A DNA stretch of 46,570 nucleotides, from IMG/VR virus record IMGVR_UViG_3300049139_000140, positions 1 through 46,570 of that record; one strand, given 5' to 3'. The DNA comes from a virus. Taxonomy: Duplodnaviria; Caudoviricetes. Shown here in pieces: positions 26,545 through 35,128 of the stretch (its first letter is position 1; each line of letters opens with the position of its first letter). Under the pieces are notes generated by a model, which saw only the letters and a list, made by a program, of their open reading frames with translations, made no database searches and was not told the DNA's origin. A program made the position numbers and the translations under genes.

Positions 26545-26681
26545 GGTGGCCCTCCTGCGGGCGGCGTGATGGGGAAAGCGATTGAGGCTCGGGCCCCATC
26601 ACGGGCGCCTTCGCAAGCAAGGGCGGCGGGCTACTCCGATCACCGAAGTAATTCACCTGGTGCTGAATATACCTCTTGGGG

Positions 26682-27476
26682 TCAAGCCCTGCCCAGGAGC
26701 CTCGCGGCGTGCACCTCGGCCGTGCTCTTCGGCTTCTCCTGCGCAGGCGGGCGCGGCGCACCGGTCGGCCGGACCTTCGGCCTCCGCGCCGGGGCGGCGA
26801 ACAGCTCCGGGTAGTCGCGGCGCAGCTCATCCACGGCTGCCTCCAGCCCGGAGACAGAGCCGTCCTCGTCTATATCGAGGGCTTCGGTGTCCACCAGCTT
26901 CAGGAGCCGCTTCAGCCGGGACTCGCCCTTCTCGCGGGCGGTCTGCGACTCCGGGTCCTTCTCCTCCTGCAAGAAGGCGAGCGCCCCGGCCTCGACCAGC
27001 GCCGAGCGGGCTGCGGTGCGCACGAGCGGGGCCCGGTAACGGCGTTCACCTTCCTCCCGGGCTTCACGGAGCGCCTTCTCGTGCTCCGTCTCGCCCGTGC
27101 GCGCCGCCTCCTCCAGCTCCTTGTTGCGGAGGCGGTGGCGCTTCGCGTCGTCGTTGGCCTTCTTCAGCGCGGCCTGCGTGCGCGCCCACTCGCTCTTCGA
27201 CGGGGCAACGTAGTCGTCGTCGCCGGGCTTCGGCTCCGCAGTCTTCTTTGCCGGCGCCTTCGGCTTCGGTGCCTCTTCGGGCTCCGGCTCGTCGTCGACC
27301 GGCTCGGCCTCGGGCTCCGGCTCGTCGGGCACTTCGATGTCCGGCTCGTCGCCGTCCTCTGCACCGCCCGCGATCGGGTGGATGGGCCTGCCGTCGGCTC
27401 GATAGCCGAGGACCATGTCGGCCGGAACGCTGATCGGGAGCCGGTTCTCGGCCGCCTCGGGGTCAGATGTGTTCAT
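26682..27476 (-). CDS. Capsid scaffolding protein
   Basis: Acidic/Pro-rich N-terminus then coiled coil (LKKANDDAKRHR), AVDELRRDYPELF; directly upstream of capsid gene. Confidence 0.8.
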   Translation of the reverse strand: MNTSDPEAAENRLPISVPADMVLGYRADGRPIHPIAGGAEDGDEPDIEVPDEPEPEAEPVDDEPEPEEAPKPKAPAKKTAEPKPGDDDYVAPSKSEWARTQAALKKANDDAKRHRLRNKELEEAARTGETEHEKALREAREEGERRYRAPLVRTAARSALVEAGALAFLQEEKDPESQTAREKGESRLKRLLKLVDTEALDIDEDGSVSGLEAAVDELRRDYPELFAAPARRPKVRPTGAPRPPAQEKPKSTAEVHAARLLGRA

Positions 27477-27511
27477 GTGGTGCTCCCATCTCGGGGGTGG
27501 CGGGTTACCCA

Positions 27512-28549
27512 TCACGGGCCTGTCGGTACGGAGCGGTCCTGGAAGCGGCCGGCCCGCACGGCGAGAGCGGCGAACTCCTCGACGCTCTTCGGCAGGCCGG
27601 CGCCGGCACGGAGAAGTTCACGGGCGGCGCGGATGCGTGCGGCACCGGACTCGGTGGGCAGGCTCCAGCCGCGGGCGATGGAACGGCGCGCTTCCCGCCG
27701 CAGCGCTTCCGGCAGCGAGGGGATGCCGTCGACGACCCACGCGTCCTTCCAGGCGACGACGCGGCAGCGGCAGTGCGGATGCAGGGGCGGCGCGTCGAGA
27801 GGGCCGGTGCGTCCACGCTGATTCGGATCCCAGGACAGGCCCCCGGGGAAGTCGGCGGCGACGTCGACGACGAGACCTGCGTAGGCGGCACAGGAGACGC
27901 AGGCGTCCCGCTCCGACACCCACAGTTTGCGGGCGCCCATGGCCCTGATTCCAGCGAGGAGCCCTTCGTTGACGGCTTGCCCTACTGTCCAGGTGATGTG
28001 GGAGCGGACCGCGTACAGGGCGCTGCGGGCGGTGCCGATGCCGGTGGCTACGCGCGACCAGCGGTCGGCGATGCGGGGTTGCAGGAGGGCAAGGGCGCGG
28101 TCGCGGCGGTCGGTGACGGTGTCGGCGATGCGGGCGGCTGTGGTGCGCAGCGTCTGGCTGGCGGAGGCGGTGACGCGGCGCGCGCGCTTCCTCTCGGCTT
28201 GCGAGACGTAGGCGGCATGTTGCCGGGCTCCGAGCTTGACTGCATCTGCAAGGCGCGCGGTCAGGGCGCGTTGGGCTCGAGGGGCAAGCGGTCCGAGCAG
28301 GCGCCGTATCGCGGCGCGGATCGTCGCGAGGATCCGCCGCAGGAGGGGGGTGTCGTCGGGTGCGCTCTGCGTGCTACCGAACGCGGTCACCCACGCGGTG
28401 AGGGAGCGGCGCTGGAGGGCGTCGAACCTGGCCGCGGTATCGCCCACGGCGCGACCGGTGATCGCGTCTTCAAGGTCGCGGACCGCGTCGGTCTGCTCGC
28501 CTTGCACCAGCCGGGCGAGCTGCTCACTGCGGTCGGGGCGGCGGGCCAT
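27512..28549 (-). CDS. MuF/SPP1 gp7-like minor head protein
   Basis: KLWVSERDACVSCAAYAG...PPLHPHCRC motif; follows portal; start MARRPDRSEQ. Confidence 0.82.
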   Translation of the reverse strand: MARRPDRSEQLARLVQGEQTDAVRDLEDAITGRAVGDTAARFDALQRRSLTAWVTAFGSTQSAPDDTPLLRRILATIRAAIRRLLGPLAPRAQRALTARLADAVKLGARQHAAYVSQAERKRARRVTASASQTLRTTAARIADTVTDRRDRALALLQPRIADRWSRVATGIGTARSALYAVRSHITWTVGQAVNEGLLAGIRAMGARKLWVSERDACVSCAAYAGLVVDVAADFPGGLSWDPNQRGRTGPLDAPPLHPHCRCRVVAWKDAWVVDGIPSLPEALRREARRSIARGWSLPTESGAARIRAARELLRAGAGLPKSVEEFAALAVRAGRFQDRSVPTGP

Positions 28550-30084
28550 CACCCGTTGGCCTGGGCGTCGGCGAGGAGTTCGATGTCGGAGAGGGCGCCG
28601 TTGAGGAGCGCCTGTGCTTGCGCGTTTTCGATGACGCCGAGGGTTGCGGCGGCGCCGAGCTTCTGGGCGCTGTCGGCGAGGCTGGCCAGGATGTCGACGC
28701 GGCGCTGAAGTTCGGCGTCGTCGACGCCGGCGAGCCACTTGTCGACCTGTTCGGCCCGGTAGCCGGCTTCCATGAGTGCCTGCTTGCGCGGCACTCCGGC
28801 TTCGATCTTCGCCTTGACGGTCTGCCAGCCCTGCGCGTCGGTGACGGACTTGGCGGGCACCCAGTCCACGGTGACGACGGGGTCGACGATGCCGAAGCGG
28901 CGCAGCGCGAAGGTGAAGGCTTCGTGGACGGTGGCGCCGTAGGAGATCTGCCGGTTTTCGATCTTGCTGATGAAGGGGCCGTCCTCCTCGCGGTAGGACT
29001 CCCCCGACCGCTGGTTGGACTGCGGGTCGAACATGCGCAGCGGCGTGTCGGTGATCTGCGCCATCGCCCGCACGTTGAAGTGGATGGGGTCCAGGAACAC
29101 GCCAGGCTGCGCGGCATCGAACTGGCCGACCGTCTTGAAGCCGCGCAGCAGCCACATCTCCCCCGGCCCGGCCTTGAGGGAGCTGTCGTCGCCGGAGTCT
29201 GTGGGCCCCGCGCCGGCATCGTCGGACGGGAAGTCGTCGAAGTCGCCGGGTTCCAGGTCGCTGGTGTCGGTGGTGGCGGCGTCGGTGAGGGCGTATCGCT
29301 GGGGTGCGCCCTGGTAGTCGACGGTCCCCATGTGGGTGGCCTGCAGTTTGGTGATCGCGTTCTGTGGGCCGTAGGCGCCGTAGTGCTCCGGGACCCCGTA
29401 GGGGCGGTCGGTGCGGAAGTGAAAGACCGGCTGCTCGCCCCAGTCGTGGGAGATGAGCCACGACTCCGTATCGGCGGCTTCGCCTTCGTCCGGGTCTGCG
29501 AGCCAGTGCATCCAGTCGGCGGGCTTGCTGCCGTCGGATCCTTTGTTGGTGGTCCAGCGTTCGATGCGGTCGTCGTAGAGCAGCTCTGCCCTGTGGCAGC
29601 CGTACTCCGACCACTTCTTGATGGTGAACAGCTTGACCCGTGGATTGTCCGGCGAGTAGATCACGCGGACGGTCTGGGGGCTGTTGTAGAACATGTCAAC
29701 GCGGATCACGTTGCCCTTGTCGTCCTCGACGGGCAGGACGAACAGGTAGGCGTCTCCGTACTCCCCGGATCTCCGGAAGACGTCGGGCATCTCGAGGTTG
29801 AGCTGGTTGTCCTGCCAGATCTTCGAGATGAGCGTGTTGACGTCCTCGTCGGGGCTGGTGACCGATGCGATCTTGAGCCGGTTGACGACCGCGTTGACCG
29901 GCGTCTTGGCGAAGTTGAGGTCGAAGTCGATGTCCCGGGCGGCGAGGGCGCGGCGGATGCGGGTGCTGCTGAAGACTTCGGGGACCTTGCCGTCGTAGTA
30001 GGACTGGGCACGGTCGTATTCGGGGCGGGCCTCTTTCAGTTCGGCGATGCCGTACATGAGGTCGGCGCGCGACTCGTCATCCAA
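28549..30084 (-). CDS. Portal protein (SPP1 gp6-like)
   Basis: SYYDGK, LNFAKTPVNAVVNRL, KIWQDNQL, YGDAYLFV, RSGESYR; TTG start with GGGAGG RBS (ORF track start 30111). Confidence 0.9.
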   Translation of the reverse strand: MDDESRADLMYGIAELKEARPEYDRAQSYYDGKVPEVFSSTRIRRALAARDIDFDLNFAKTPVNAVVNRLKIASVTSPDEDVNTLISKIWQDNQLNLEMPDVFRRSGEYGDAYLFVLPVEDDKGNVIRVDMFYNSPQTVRVIYSPDNPRVKLFTIKKWSEYGCHRAELLYDDRIERWTTNKGSDGSKPADWMHWLADPDEGEAADTESWLISHDWGEQPVFHFRTDRPYGVPEHYGAYGPQNAITKLQATHMGTVDYQGAPQRYALTDAATTDTSDLEPGDFDDFPSDDAGAGPTDSGDDSSLKAGPGEMWLLRGFKTVGQFDAAQPGVFLDPIHFNVRAMAQITDTPLRMFDPQSNQRSGESYREEDGPFISKIENRQISYGATVHEAFTFALRRFGIVDPVVTVDWVPAKSVTDAQGWQTVKAKIEAGVPRKQALMEAGYRAEQVDKWLAGVDDAELQRRVDILASLADSAQKLGAAATLGVIENAQAQALLNGALSDIELLADAQANG

Positions 30085-30128
30085 AGGAACCTCCCTCGCC
30101 AGGGCAATCATACGCAGTCACCTTCGAA

Positions 30129-31676
30129 TCAAAGGTAACTGGAGCTACTTGCCTTGGATACTTCGCGAGGCTTGTTCGGGATGAACCGCCGGATCGCCGA
30201 GCCGACCGCATCGACCAGGTCGTCGTGAGGGGCCTTGGGGAAGGCGCACATCTGCTGCTCCACCTCGACCAGCCGCCGGGCGTGGATGACCCGACCGCGC
30301 TGGTAGTGGTGCAGGACTCCCTCGGCTCTGACGAACTTGTTCTCCGTCTGCGACACCGGCTTCACCTTCACCGGCATGTCGTGCAGGATCGCCTGCCACG
30401 TGTCCTGCCCCTGGTTCACCTCGATCAAGATCAGCCCGATCTCCGGGAACTCATCAAGGAACGCCAGAACGCGCTCCCGTAGCAGCGGGCCCGGCTGGAT
30501 CTTCAGGGCCACGGCCGCGTGCACGGTGCACCGCTTGCGCTGCGCCGACCACGACACCACCGCCATTGCCGTGAAGTCGCTGCTCTTCTTCGCCGTCACC
30601 GCCGGGTCGATCGACAGCATCATGTGCGTGACCGGGTCCACGCCCTCCTCGGCCGGATACCGGAAGTCGTCCGGAGTCCACAGATCGCCGTCCGCACCCA
30701 TCGGGTCGTTGGCGTAGTTCTTCGCGAAGGATCGGGTGTGCTCGATCGACTTCAGGTAGGAGAGCGGCCACTTCGCCGGCCACACGCTGCGCTCCGTACC
30801 GTCATCGCGCTTGACGATCGGCGGCGTGTAGTGCGCGCGGAAGCCCTCCTCCCGAACCCACTCCGCGGTCTCGACGCCGCGGCCATGCTTGACGAGCTGG
30901 TGCACGATGCTGCCCGGCATCGTCACCGTGCCCGAGATGACCACCCTGGCATACACGTTGAGGGGGAGGATCGCGTCGACGAGAGTCTTGCGCCGCTTCT
31001 CCGCCTGATCCGCCGAGTAGCTGCTCTCATCCGGCTCGATGTCGTCACACAGCAACAGATCAGGGCGGCGTTCGCCGACCTTCATGCCCAGGTTGGAAGA
31101 GTCGATACCACGGCCGGCGAAAACGAGCCCCGACTCGGCGATGTACATCGACTGCGTGTCCGCCACGTTCGCACCGGACGGCCGCTTCGCCGGCGTGCAC
31201 AGGGTGCGGAAGTCCTGCCGGAGCAGCTGGTTGCGGTCGATCTCCGCTTTGAACGTGGCGAGGTGCGTCTCCGCCTGCGACGCGGAGGACGCGAACGCGG
31301 CAGCGAACTTGACGTGGCCGTGCGCGGCAGCCCACATCGGCAGGATGAGGAACCACCACGTGCTCTTGCCCATGTTGCGGGGGGCGATGTAGGCGTCACG
31401 GTGCTCGGCTGGCTCAGTGGGTGGGCGCACCCAGGAACGGGCGGCGCGGCACCAGTCGAGGTGCGCATCCCCGAACGTGATGTGGCCTTCGCTGTCGCGG
31501 AGGTGATGGCGCAGGTAAACCAGCCCGAACAGCAGCGGATCAAGGCGGGTGAGGGTCCAGCGCCCTTCAGGATCGGCAAGCAGGCGGACGTCGAAGCGGG
31601 CGAGGTAGGCCGTCAAGTCGAAGGTCTCGGCATCGAGGCCAGCGAGATAGCCGTGTGCGCGGACCGCGGTCGCCAT
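30129..31676 (-). CDS. Terminase large subunit
   Basis: Walker A APRNMGKST, RPDLLLCDDIE, nuclease SIDPAV...DFTA and FPKAPHDDLVDA. Confidence 0.93.
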   Translation of the reverse strand: MATAVRAHGYLAGLDAETFDLTAYLARFDVRLLADPEGRWTLTRLDPLLFGLVYLRHHLRDSEGHITFGDAHLDWCRAARSWVRPPTEPAEHRDAYIAPRNMGKSTWWFLILPMWAAAHGHVKFAAAFASSASQAETHLATFKAEIDRNQLLRQDFRTLCTPAKRPSGANVADTQSMYIAESGLVFAGRGIDSSNLGMKVGERRPDLLLCDDIEPDESSYSADQAEKRRKTLVDAILPLNVYARVVISGTVTMPGSIVHQLVKHGRGVETAEWVREEGFRAHYTPPIVKRDDGTERSVWPAKWPLSYLKSIEHTRSFAKNYANDPMGADGDLWTPDDFRYPAEEGVDPVTHMMLSIDPAVTAKKSSDFTAMAVVSWSAQRKRCTVHAAVALKIQPGPLLRERVLAFLDEFPEIGLILIEVNQGQDTWQAILHDMPVKVKPVSQTENKFVRAEGVLHHYQRGRVIHARRLVEVEQQMCAFPKAPHDDLVDAVGSAIRRFIPNKPREVSKASSSSYL

Positions 31677-31678
31677 CG

Positions 31679-32308
31679 TCAGCTCGCATCGCCGGACTCG
31701 CCGCCGTCTACGATCTGCTGCTCCTCCAGCCGCACGCGGGCCTTCGCGTCGCGGATCATCTCCTGTAGCTCGATGTCCTGCTGGGTGGTTTCGGTGACCG
31801 TCTGATCGACCTTGATCGGCATATCGAGGCCGAGGAGGCGGCGGATGGATTCGCTGGTCTTGCGACGGGATTCCTCGATGCGGTTGAGCCGGTCGACGGC
31901 CTGGAGGACGAAGGTGTCGTCCTCGACGGGCTCTTCTTCGCCGCTCTCGGGGTCGAGAATTCGGATGACGCGTCCGTTGTTGACGGTGATGTGCTTGCGC
32001 CCCATCACGCGCTGGACGGATTCCTCCATGTTGTGGAGGCGTTCGAGGGCGGCTTCGAGGCGGGCGAGTTCGAGGGCCCGGTATTCGTCGACCTTCGGAT
32101 CAAGGCGGCGTTCACGCTCCTCGCGGACGAGGTCGCGGGCGGTGGAGGCGGGGATGCGCGTGCCGCTGGTCGGGCCGTCGGGTTCTTGTGTGAGGGCGTC
32201 GATGGCGTAGAAGCTCAGGCCCTGGACTCGCAAGTCGAAGACGAGGGCGGCCAGGTCGGCTCGGGCGGACGCGTTCTTGAGCTTGTACGGGTTTGGTCCG
32301 CCAACCAT
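31679..32308 (-). CDS. Putative terminase small subunit
   Basis: FDLRVQGLSFYAI HTH-like N-terminus, ELARLE, RRLLGLDMP; immediately upstream of TerL. Confidence 0.7.
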   Translation of the reverse strand: MVGGPNPYKLKNASARADLAALVFDLRVQGLSFYAIDALTQEPDGPTSGTRIPASTARDLVREERERRLDPKVDEYRALELARLEAALERLHNMEESVQRVMGRKHITVNNGRVIRILDPESGEEEPVEDDTFVLQAVDRLNRIEESRRKTSESIRRLLGLDMPIKVDQTVTETTQQDIELQEMIRDAKARVRLEEQQIVDGGESGDAS

Positions 32309-32354
32309 CCGAGTCTCCTCGCTACCGTCGATTCATCGACATGTCGCCATGTTC

Positions 32355-32371
32355 ACCTTTGAATCGTATGC
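32355..32371 (-). promoter_or_regulatory. Late-operon promoter/operator motif upstream of terminase
   Basis: ACCTTTGAATCGTATGC; minus strand reads TACGAT-TCAAAGGT, matching the copy upstream of the endolysin (TACGAT-TCCAAGGT). Confidence 0.5.
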
Positions 32372-32492
32372 CATGACGTCACTTCGGTCGTCTACTCCCC
32401 TACCGGAACCCCTGGCACGGGCGCACCATGGAAGACAGGGCAACGAAGGAAGCGGCGGTCACGTCCCGCCGCACCGCAGGAAAGGGGCGCTG

Positions 32493-32681
32493 ATGGTCTC
32501 CGACCGAGGCGGACGCTGGGGCTTCGTCTACCGCTCACGCCACGCCGCATACAAGGCGCTGCGCCGGAAGGGCGCCAGTAAGGAGAAGGCGGCCCGCATC
32601 AGCAACGGCGGCCGGAACTTCCCGCAACGCTCCCGCATGGCACGCAAGGGCTGGAGGACACGCCGATCACGCGGCAGGTGA
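32493..32681 (+). CDS. Small, very basic protein
   Basis: 62 aa with 21 Arg/Lys and 2 acidic residues; YKALRRKGASKEKAARISN; AGGAAAGGGG RBS. Confidence 0.7.
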   Translation: MVSDRGGRWGFVYRSRHAAYKALRRKGASKEKAARISNGGRNFPQRSRMARKGWRTRRSRGR

Positions 32682-32701
32682 GATGCCGACCGCATGACGA
32701 A

Positions 32702-32724
32702 GGCCCCGCCGGTCCAGCGGGGCC
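32702..32724. terminator. Hairpin between convergent genes
   Basis: GGCCCCGC / GCGGGGCC inverted repeat. Confidence 0.5.
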
Positions 32725-32735
32725 GCTTCACTACG

Positions 32736-33089
32736 TCACGGGGTGTCGTTCAGACCGTCTTCGATCATCTCGTTCTTGTCGAAGTTCCCGTCTTCGTCCG
32801 TCCATCCCAGGTCACCGATCACCTGGTTCATGACGACCGCGTTGTAGTCGTCCTTCTTCAACTCGTCGCACGCGCCGGGCTTCGACTTGTCGCCCTCGGG
32901 TCGCTCCTTCACCGCCTGCATGCAGCTCTTGACGTGGTCGTCGTATGTGGGCTGCGAGAGCCAGAAGGCAAGGCCGCCCACGCCGGCAGCGACGGTCGTG
33001 GCGACGCTGATGATGATCAGCTTGGTGCGCTTCTTCCTTGCCGGCGGCGGGAAACTGGGCATGGGCGGCGGCGTGTTGTCGGACATCAT
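32736..33089 (-). CDS. Membrane-anchored protein with small extracytoplasmic domain
   Basis: Pro-rich N-terminus, RKKR, one TM segment, then a domain with a Cys pair (SCMQA...PGACDEL). Confidence 0.7.
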   Translation of the reverse strand: MMSDNTPPPMPSFPPPARKKRTKLIIISVATTVAAGVGGLAFWLSQPTYDDHVKSCMQAVKERPEGDKSKPGACDELKKDDYNAVVMNQVIGDLGWTDEDGNFDKNEMIEDGLNDTP

Positions 33090-33235
33090 TCCCCCTGCGG
33101 TGCGCGTTGTCGGGTGCATCATGCGCGCCGCGCGCATCGAGCGGAGGCTACGTGTCCGTTTCGTGACATCTGCATCCTCGGGCCGCTTCCCGGATTCCCG
33201 CCCCGCTCCCTCACGCCCCGCGTCACACTGCCGTC

Positions 33236-33427
33236 ATGGCGCTTCGATATACCGTGCAGGGCGATGACGAGCAGGAGACGGCGGTCGGCCTGGAGTTGAT
33301 GGTGGCAGCCGGCCTGCAGTTGGCGATGCCGCCCCGCCAGTTGAGCGACGACCGGTGGATGGCGCGGGCTGTACCGCGCATGCGTGAGGCCCGGACCGAG
33401 GATGGTCCGGGCCCTTCCGCTGGCTGA
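33236..33427 (+). CDS. Small hypothetical protein
   Basis: 63-aa ORF MALRYTVQGDD..., converges on the end of the transfer operon. Confidence 0.5.
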   Translation: MALRYTVQGDDEQETAVGLELMVAAGLQLAMPPRQLSDDRWMARAVPRMREARTEDGPGPSAG

Positions 33428-33679
33428 TCAGGCGGCGTTGCCCTCCATCCTTGCGTTGCCGATGAGCCACTGTCCGTATCGGCGGTCGGCGCCGCCGTAC
33501 ACGTCTCGGCTGGCCCATCCGGCAGCGAGGGCCGCATCGACGGCCGGCTCGACCTGGCTGTTGAAGAAGGCGGAGAACTCGGGGCCGCCCTCGCCGGCGC
33601 GCTGCTTCAGGCTGAGGTCGAAGAGGCGGCTGATCGCGGTGTCGAGCAGATGCTCGCGGGTGACGGTCTGGGTGGTCAC
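33428..33679 (-). CDS. Hypothetical protein
   Basis: 83-aa ORF, AGGAG RBS. Confidence 0.6.
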   Translation of the reverse strand: MTTQTVTREHLLDTAISRLFDLSLKQRAGEGGPEFSAFFNSQVEPAVDAALAAGWASRDVYGGADRRYGQWLIGNARMEGNAA

Positions 33680-33688
33680 GGGGGTCTC

Positions 33689-33880
33689 CTAGTCCTGGGG
33701 GGTGTGGTCGACGGTGGCGGCGAGTACGGCCATCGCAACGTCCTGACTGCGGGATCCGGCGCGGTCGCAGAGCTGGTTGGCGAGACGGTCGTCGCCGTTG
33801 GCGAGGGCTTTCCCGGCGGCGTCGATCTCGGCGGCGGTGGCGATGATTTCGGGCTTGGTGTTGCGGTTGAAGAGGCCCAT
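33689..33880 (-). CDS. Small hypothetical protein (MGLF N-terminus)
   Basis: MGLFNRNTKPEIIATAAEIDAAGKAL; GGAG RBS; resembles 39711..39917 at the N-terminus. Confidence 0.6.
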   Translation of the reverse strand: MGLFNRNTKPEIIATAAEIDAAGKALANGDDRLANQLCDRAGSRSQDVAMAVLAATVDHTPQD

Positions 33881-33897
33881 GCGTATCTCCGTGAGGG

Positions 33898-34410
33898 TCA
33901 GATGCCGTGGCTGTGGGCGACCTCGGCGGCGCGGGTGAGGTAGAGCAGGACGGGTGCGGGGCTGGTCTGGGCTGCGTTCCAGCTCGGGATGGTTTCGGCG
34001 TCGGGGAAGTCCTGGGCGATGACGTCGAGGAGGAGTACGCAGGCGTCGTCGGCGGTGTGCCGGTCGACGGCTTCGAGGCGGATGGCGCGGATCGGGCAGA
34101 CGGCGCCGGAGTCGTCGAAGACGGCGTCGCGGCACCAGCCGTCGGTCATGATCCGTGTGCGGGCCCGGTACAGGGCTCCGGCGATTGGCGTGGTATAGGG
34201 GTCGGGGGCCGCCGTCGGGGTGAGCGGCAGGGAGACGGCGATCTCGGGGATAGGGTCCGCGGCGGGAAGGTGGGCGGTGTTCACTGCGAAGGCGAGGGCG
34301 GCCCGGTCGAGATGGACGGTCATCGCCACGTTGATGAGCGCGAGGCGGGTGTCGAGGTCGAGCTCGGGGGCGGGACGCGGGCTTGCCGCGATCAGCGCAG
34401 GCATGGTCAT
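33898..34410 (-). CDS. DUF6197-like protein
   Basis: DGWCRDAVFDDSGAVCPIRAI...IPSWN; paralogous pattern to 41577..42032. Confidence 0.6.
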   Translation of the reverse strand: MTMPALIAASPRPAPELDLDTRLALINVAMTVHLDRAALAFAVNTAHLPAADPIPEIAVSLPLTPTAAPDPYTTPIAGALYRARTRIMTDGWCRDAVFDDSGAVCPIRAIRLEAVDRHTADDACVLLLDVIAQDFPDAETIPSWNAAQTSPAPVLLYLTRAAEVAHSHGI

Positions 34411-34506
34411 GTTGGGTTGCCCTTCCGCGCGGCGACGCGCGACGTGTGGACGGGTGGATGGGGCGCCCCTGATTGCTGCCAGGCGGGAAGGGGCGCCCCG
34501 GCTTGG

Positions 34507-34917
34507 TCAGCGGCGTCCGCGGCGGCGGGGAGACTGCCGGGTGTGGGGGTCGCTGCCGCTCTTGACGTGCTTCTCCAGGCCGCGGATCTCGGCGTCGTCG
34601 AGGTAGCCGCGATAGTCGTTGCTGCCGAGGGGCGCGCCGACCTGGGGGGCGGGGTCGGCGATGTTGCGCATGCCGCGGGGCGGGGTGTCGTACATGGGTC
34701 CGAAGTTCTGGCACAGGGTGTGGGCGGATGCCCCGTACTCGGTGCACGGGTTGCCCGTGAGGGGCAGGCGGTCGGTGAAGACGACCTTGCTGTACGTCTT
34801 CGGGTCCTCGTAGGGGGCGATGTTGGTGGCCATCGACTGGACGTAGTAGTACGGCTGTCCGAGCTTCAGTTCGCGGCAGAAACGCTTGGCGTCGGACGGC
34901 TTCCAGGTCTTGGGCAT
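34507..34917 (-). CDS. Hypothetical protein downstream of traB
   Basis: MPKTWKPSDAKRF...; GGAG RBS; followed by inverted repeat 34460-34499. Confidence 0.65.
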   Translation of the reverse strand: MPKTWKPSDAKRFCRELKLGQPYYYVQSMATNIAPYEDPKTYSKVVFTDRLPLTGNPCTEYGASAHTLCQNFGPMYDTPPRGMRNIADPAPQVGAPLGSNDYRGYLDDAEIRGLEKHVKSGSDPHTRQSPRRRGRR

Positions 34918-34949
34918 GGGTAGGCTCCGTTTCTGTTTTGTGGTGGTTT

Positions 34950-35128
34950 GTTCTCTCTGATCGGCGCCGCTCACCCAGAGAAGTTGCAGGTCAGGGCTGT
35001 TTGATGGTCCGCTCGGTGCTCGCTCGGATCAGGTTCCGAGCAGAGCCGAATCAGCGGGCAGAGCGGCCGTGACCTGCGGGTTTACGGTCAGATCACGGCC
35101 GATCAGGGGTGCATTGCCGACATAGCGG
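34950..35128. repeat. Short-repeat cluster, candidate cis-acting locus of transfer (clt)
   Basis: Immediately downstream of traB: GCTCGG x2 (35011, 35022) and inverted CCGAGC (35036), GCAGAGC x2 (35040, 35058), GATCAG x2 (35027, 35101), bracketed by GCAGGTCA (34986) / TGACCTGC (35070). Confidence 0.45.

Noticed and set aside
27512-28549. MuF polymorphic toxin
   Set aside because: Only a short basic tail follows the HPHCRC motif; no toxin domain or immunity gene seen
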